From positions 244,591-308,590 of the forward strand of contig NW_019218099.1 of assembly GCF_002571385.2 (NCBI RefSeq): 64,000 nucleotides of DNA, read 5' to 3'. Origin of the DNA: Stylophora pistillata (lineage: Eukaryota). Position numbers and translations under genes: made by a program. The notes under the pieces were generated by a model that ran no database searches, was not told the DNA's origin, and was given only the letters and a program-made list of their open reading frames with translations. Below are positions 60,513 through 64,000 of this stretch, in pieces; within the stretch, counting starts at the first letter, position 1; each line of letters starts with the position of its first letter.

Positions 60513-63219
60513 GTATGCTCGCTAAAATTTTATGCAAACAGCACCCATCACTGAACAAACTTATCGCAAACTTTTTAGCGTGACCGCACAAAAAGTTCTA
60601 TCGAATCCTGTGACCTTACCCGACTGGGTTCAGGTAATGTTGCTATCACCAGATCAAACTTTGCTTCGTACACCAAAGGATTTTGTGGATTTACTTCTTT
60701 CTTTAAAATAATTTTGATCCTTTTTGAGATGATTAGAAATTAACCTCTAACTCGTGTAAACAACAAGCAAACATAACTTTACTTTAGCAGAGTGTTTTTT
60801 TTCAGTCCTTTTACCGCTCAGTTTCGCCTTGTAAACGCCCCTCTGATCAAGGGTACCGATTCAATTGAACAAAATTTAGCATTTGATTTTCTTATACTGT
60901 AATCATTACTGCCAAAGTCGAAGCCATTTGTTACAAATTCCGTGTGCATGTCTTTAACGAACCGTATATTTTACCGGCTCCCTAGTCTAAGAACAGTTCG
61001 AAATTTCTCGAAGTTATTCAATGTGTTTACACTATGTAATGATTACATTCCACTATTTACATACTTTGAAAACCTAGCTTCCAAATCGTGAACAGTAGAT
61101 GAAGAAATGTGGACAATTTTGCGTTCATTTTGTTCAATTTTGCGCTTTTCTCAGGGCATTTGTTGTTTTAAATATAGTTAATGGCTTACATTCAATATCT
61201 TTGTTTCGTTCAAAGCTTTCGCAAACAGGGAAGTACATCTGTTATACACGATTTGATGTGAAAGAAAGAGCAAATAGAAACTTGCATCATTAAGAATTTA
61301 CAAAATTTTATGCGCTTCTCGGAAAATCTTAAAAGGTGGAAATGTTTTTAGGGCTTGTAATACAGCTTGAGACTTCTACTTTGTTATATCTCATTCAAGG
61401 CTGCGCCACCGATAACATCTTGTTGTATGTGGCTACCTCGATATTCTAACAAAGGTTTTGGTGACAAAATCTTTTTTCCGGAATAGTAAGATTCCAGCTG
61501 ATATAGAATAAATCTCCTCATCGTATTGTTAAGTTTAAGTAAAGGAATTTTAAACTTGTTGCCAGTTCTCGAAGAGTTCATTACACATGATCATAGCTTC
61601 GGTTTAATTCCGGATTTGTCTCAATTCCTCACCAATATCTTTTTCTTCTTTTTCTTTCTTTTTTTTTTTTTTTTATTTGAATTGACGTGTTCGATCCAAT
61701 GTGAAAGATCGAAACTGGAGTAAATTCCTTCGGGGCCAATGACTACAAATCAAATTGTTTGTTCAGTTTAGCACAGGAAATAGTCTCGTACAACGTTGTA
61801 CGTTGAAAAACGTGATTTATACGCTCATGGCACCAAAACGGACAGATTTAGACATGGTCAAACTAAAGCTGATTAGTGCCTTTATGTGACAGCTACATAA
61901 AATAGTTACGTAATACCGGTGTGATAATGTGAACTCTGAAGTTTGATCTGGAAGCGCGTGGCTATTCACGTGATGTTATTGTCGACACAAATCAGGGGTC
62001 AGGATTAAAAATCAACGAACGAATTCCTTCGTCATAACGCCATAATTTCAAAGACACCATACTGTCTATGATTGGCTAGTTAGAGGCCATGTGTTTTGAG
62101 TAGAACGTGATCAGTGCCTGATAGAATAACCAGCGAGCTCTTTTTCGTGTTTTTGTTACGAGCGCACTTTTACCTTACCTTTCATCCCTTAAAATGGTTT
62201 CTAAAATGATAGACATCGTGTGAAGTGGGTCCGAAGATCAAGAAAGAAGAAGAAAAAAAAAAAAAAACTTAAGTGGATTCAACTGCTGTCGAAATTATCT
62301 GTTTGGAGTGTTTCAGAAATACGGATACATTTGTTTCGACATAATTATTCATGAGGACCCAATTTGTAAAGGCTGTGCTCTTTTGTTTGTTTTCCCATTT
62401 TCCAGAGGTCGATGCAGCAAGGCAATTGAAATATCGTGGTACTCGAGAAATACTTGGTACATCTTTTAGACAGTTGCAATGTTTCTCGACGTTCTATAAT
62501 CGTCTAAGTGGCCTTTAATGTAATCTAATCGTTAATTGGCCCGTTAGTAAACTCCAAAAAGGTTAGGAATTCATGTTACATCAGCCAGTGTTGTTTCCAG
62601 TGTCAATCTATCTAGCAGATACCTTCCATATTGAAAGGTGAACAGTTTGTGTAACATTAACTTGAAGGTGGACCAGCTAACAGCTATGTGGCCGCTTCGA
62701 TGGCGAATTGAGGTAACTAAATATAACTCGATAATAACACTTTTCACGAAGGTCGCGTGTCGATAGGGAAAAAAAATACGTTATCCAAGGCGAGGTATTC
62801 ATATTTAGCTCATAATGGTACACCTCTGACCTTTAAAGCTGTAAACATTTTAAGCTCTCAGATCATAACCAGATTGTCGCGACGAATAATTTCACAGTTC
62901 ATTGGAGCTATAAGTATCATTTTCACAACAAAAATGCGCGGGTAAATGAAAATGAAGTGCAAGAGACTGGGTACGTTTGAGATCGCCTCGCTTTCGCTCC
63001 CGATTTTCCCTCCTTTTTTCGTTTTCCATTTACCTTCAGTTTAATGAATGGAAATCTGGCGAAGAACCCTATAACCCGAATCAATTAGTTTTAAGGGCAT
63101 ATTTTAAGTTTTGCTAAATTTTTTTTTGGGTAAGCTAAAAGTTACCTAAAAACTTTTAGAAGTAGAAATGTTATTGATAATAATCGGTTTGTAATCTTCT
63201 GTTGCAGAAAACCTGAAAG

Positions 63220-64000
63220 ATGATTCTAGAAATCGCATTTGTCATCGTTTGTGTTACAACGATCGCTTTCTTTGTCCACCGCGCCCATGCGCAGAAATCA
63301 AAGAACCTGGCCCCTGGCCCCAGGCCTTATCCCCTGATTGGCAACATGCCTCGTCTGGCGGGAAAACCAGGTCACTTGGCCATGACTGAGCTAGCTGAGG
63401 AGTATGGGAAAATCTATACACTCTACCTACCCGGCGGTCAGCGGTGTGTCGTTATCAACTCTATTGATCTGGCCCGAGAGGCGCTACTCACCAGGAGAGA
63501 TGAATTTTCAGGGCGGCCTGTGACCTTTGTTGGAGACTACTTGTCCCGGGGAGGCCGTAATATCATCTGCGCCGACTTCACGCAATCAATGATCCTTCTG
63601 CGAAAGATTGCACACTCAGCACTGCGCATGTACGGAAGTGGCTTGAAGCATCTCGAATGTCTTATAAGCAGCGAAGTTGATCACATGGCCAAACGCATCT
63701 CTTCCCAACAGGGGAAACCTTTTGACCCAAAGAAAGAAATTCAACTGACCATTCTGAACGTCATTTGTGCTGTTGTTTATGGGGAAAGCTACGACATTGA
63801 AGACGAAGAATTCCTGCGGATAATTCAGTACAATGATGATTTTATCAGACTATTTGGAAGCTATAACATCTTAGACCTGCTTCCATGGCTGAGATTTCTC
63901 CCACTGCAAGACATGAAAACCCTCCGCGAGTCTCGCCAAATCAGAGATGACATCCTCGGCGCAAAATATCAAGAACACAAAAAGAGGTTTGAAGAGGATA
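63220..64000 (+). CDS. Cytochrome P450, clan 2 (CYP17/CYP1-like); 5' part only, runs off the window
   Basis: Open frame with no stop to the window end: membrane anchor MILEIAFVIVCVTTIAFFV, proline hinge APGPRPYPLIGNM, YGKIYTL, VVINSIDLAREAL, FSGRP, RKIAHSALRMY, GKPFDP, NVICAVVYG, LDLLPWLRFLP. It is absent from the ORF track because it has no stop in the window. Confidence 0.93.
   Translation, partial: MILEIAFVIVCVTTIAFFVHRAHAQKSKNLAPGPRPYPLIGNMPRLAGKPGHLAMTELAEEYGKIYTLYLPGGQRCVVINSIDLAREALLTRRDEFSGRPVTFVGDYLSRGGRNIICADFTQSMILLRKIAHSALRMYGSGLKHLECLISSEVDHMAKRISSQQGKPFDPKKEIQLTILNVICAVVYGESYDIEDEEFLRIIQYNDDFIRLFGSYNILDLLPWLRFLPLQDMKTLRESRQIRDDILGAKYQEHKKRFEED

Noticed and set aside
50237-62945. 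Many 60-120 aa ORFs in the P450 upstream region
   Set aside because: No domain similarity and no consistent exon chain. Their lengths are what chance would give.

Overview
Eukaryotic, intron-rich animal DNA with assembly gaps. The repeat families look cnidarian, probably a stony coral (inference). I built five protein-coding genes by hand from splice sites and reading phase. (1) An SLC6 amino-acid/neurotransmitter transporter on the minus strand, running off the left edge. (2) STK36/Fused kinase on the minus strand, 33 exons recovered, 12099-32725. (3) An SRSF3/7-type SR splicing factor on the minus strand. (4) ERP29 on the plus strand, head-to-head with the SR gene. (5) The 5' part of a clan-2, CYP17-like cytochrome P450 on the plus strand, running off the right edge. 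Introns are dense with MITEs, tRNA-derived SINEs, LINE and Penelope remnants, and minisatellites. The main points for follow-up are: a candidate poison exon and a GC-AG intron in the SR gene; an in-frame TAG inside an otherwise intact STK36 exon; an orphan YY1/E2F promoter followed by a CpG-decayed non-coding domain at 44-47 kb, possibly a hidden lncRNA; a fold-back Kolobok-like element with a THAP start at its centre; degenerate Penelope-type hammerhead ribozymes; and an E-box/D-box/XRE-like motif cluster around the P450 promoter. One expected exon is missing from each of SLC6 and STK36, and both absences coincide with N gaps. I see no evidence of a wholly new multi-gene system.
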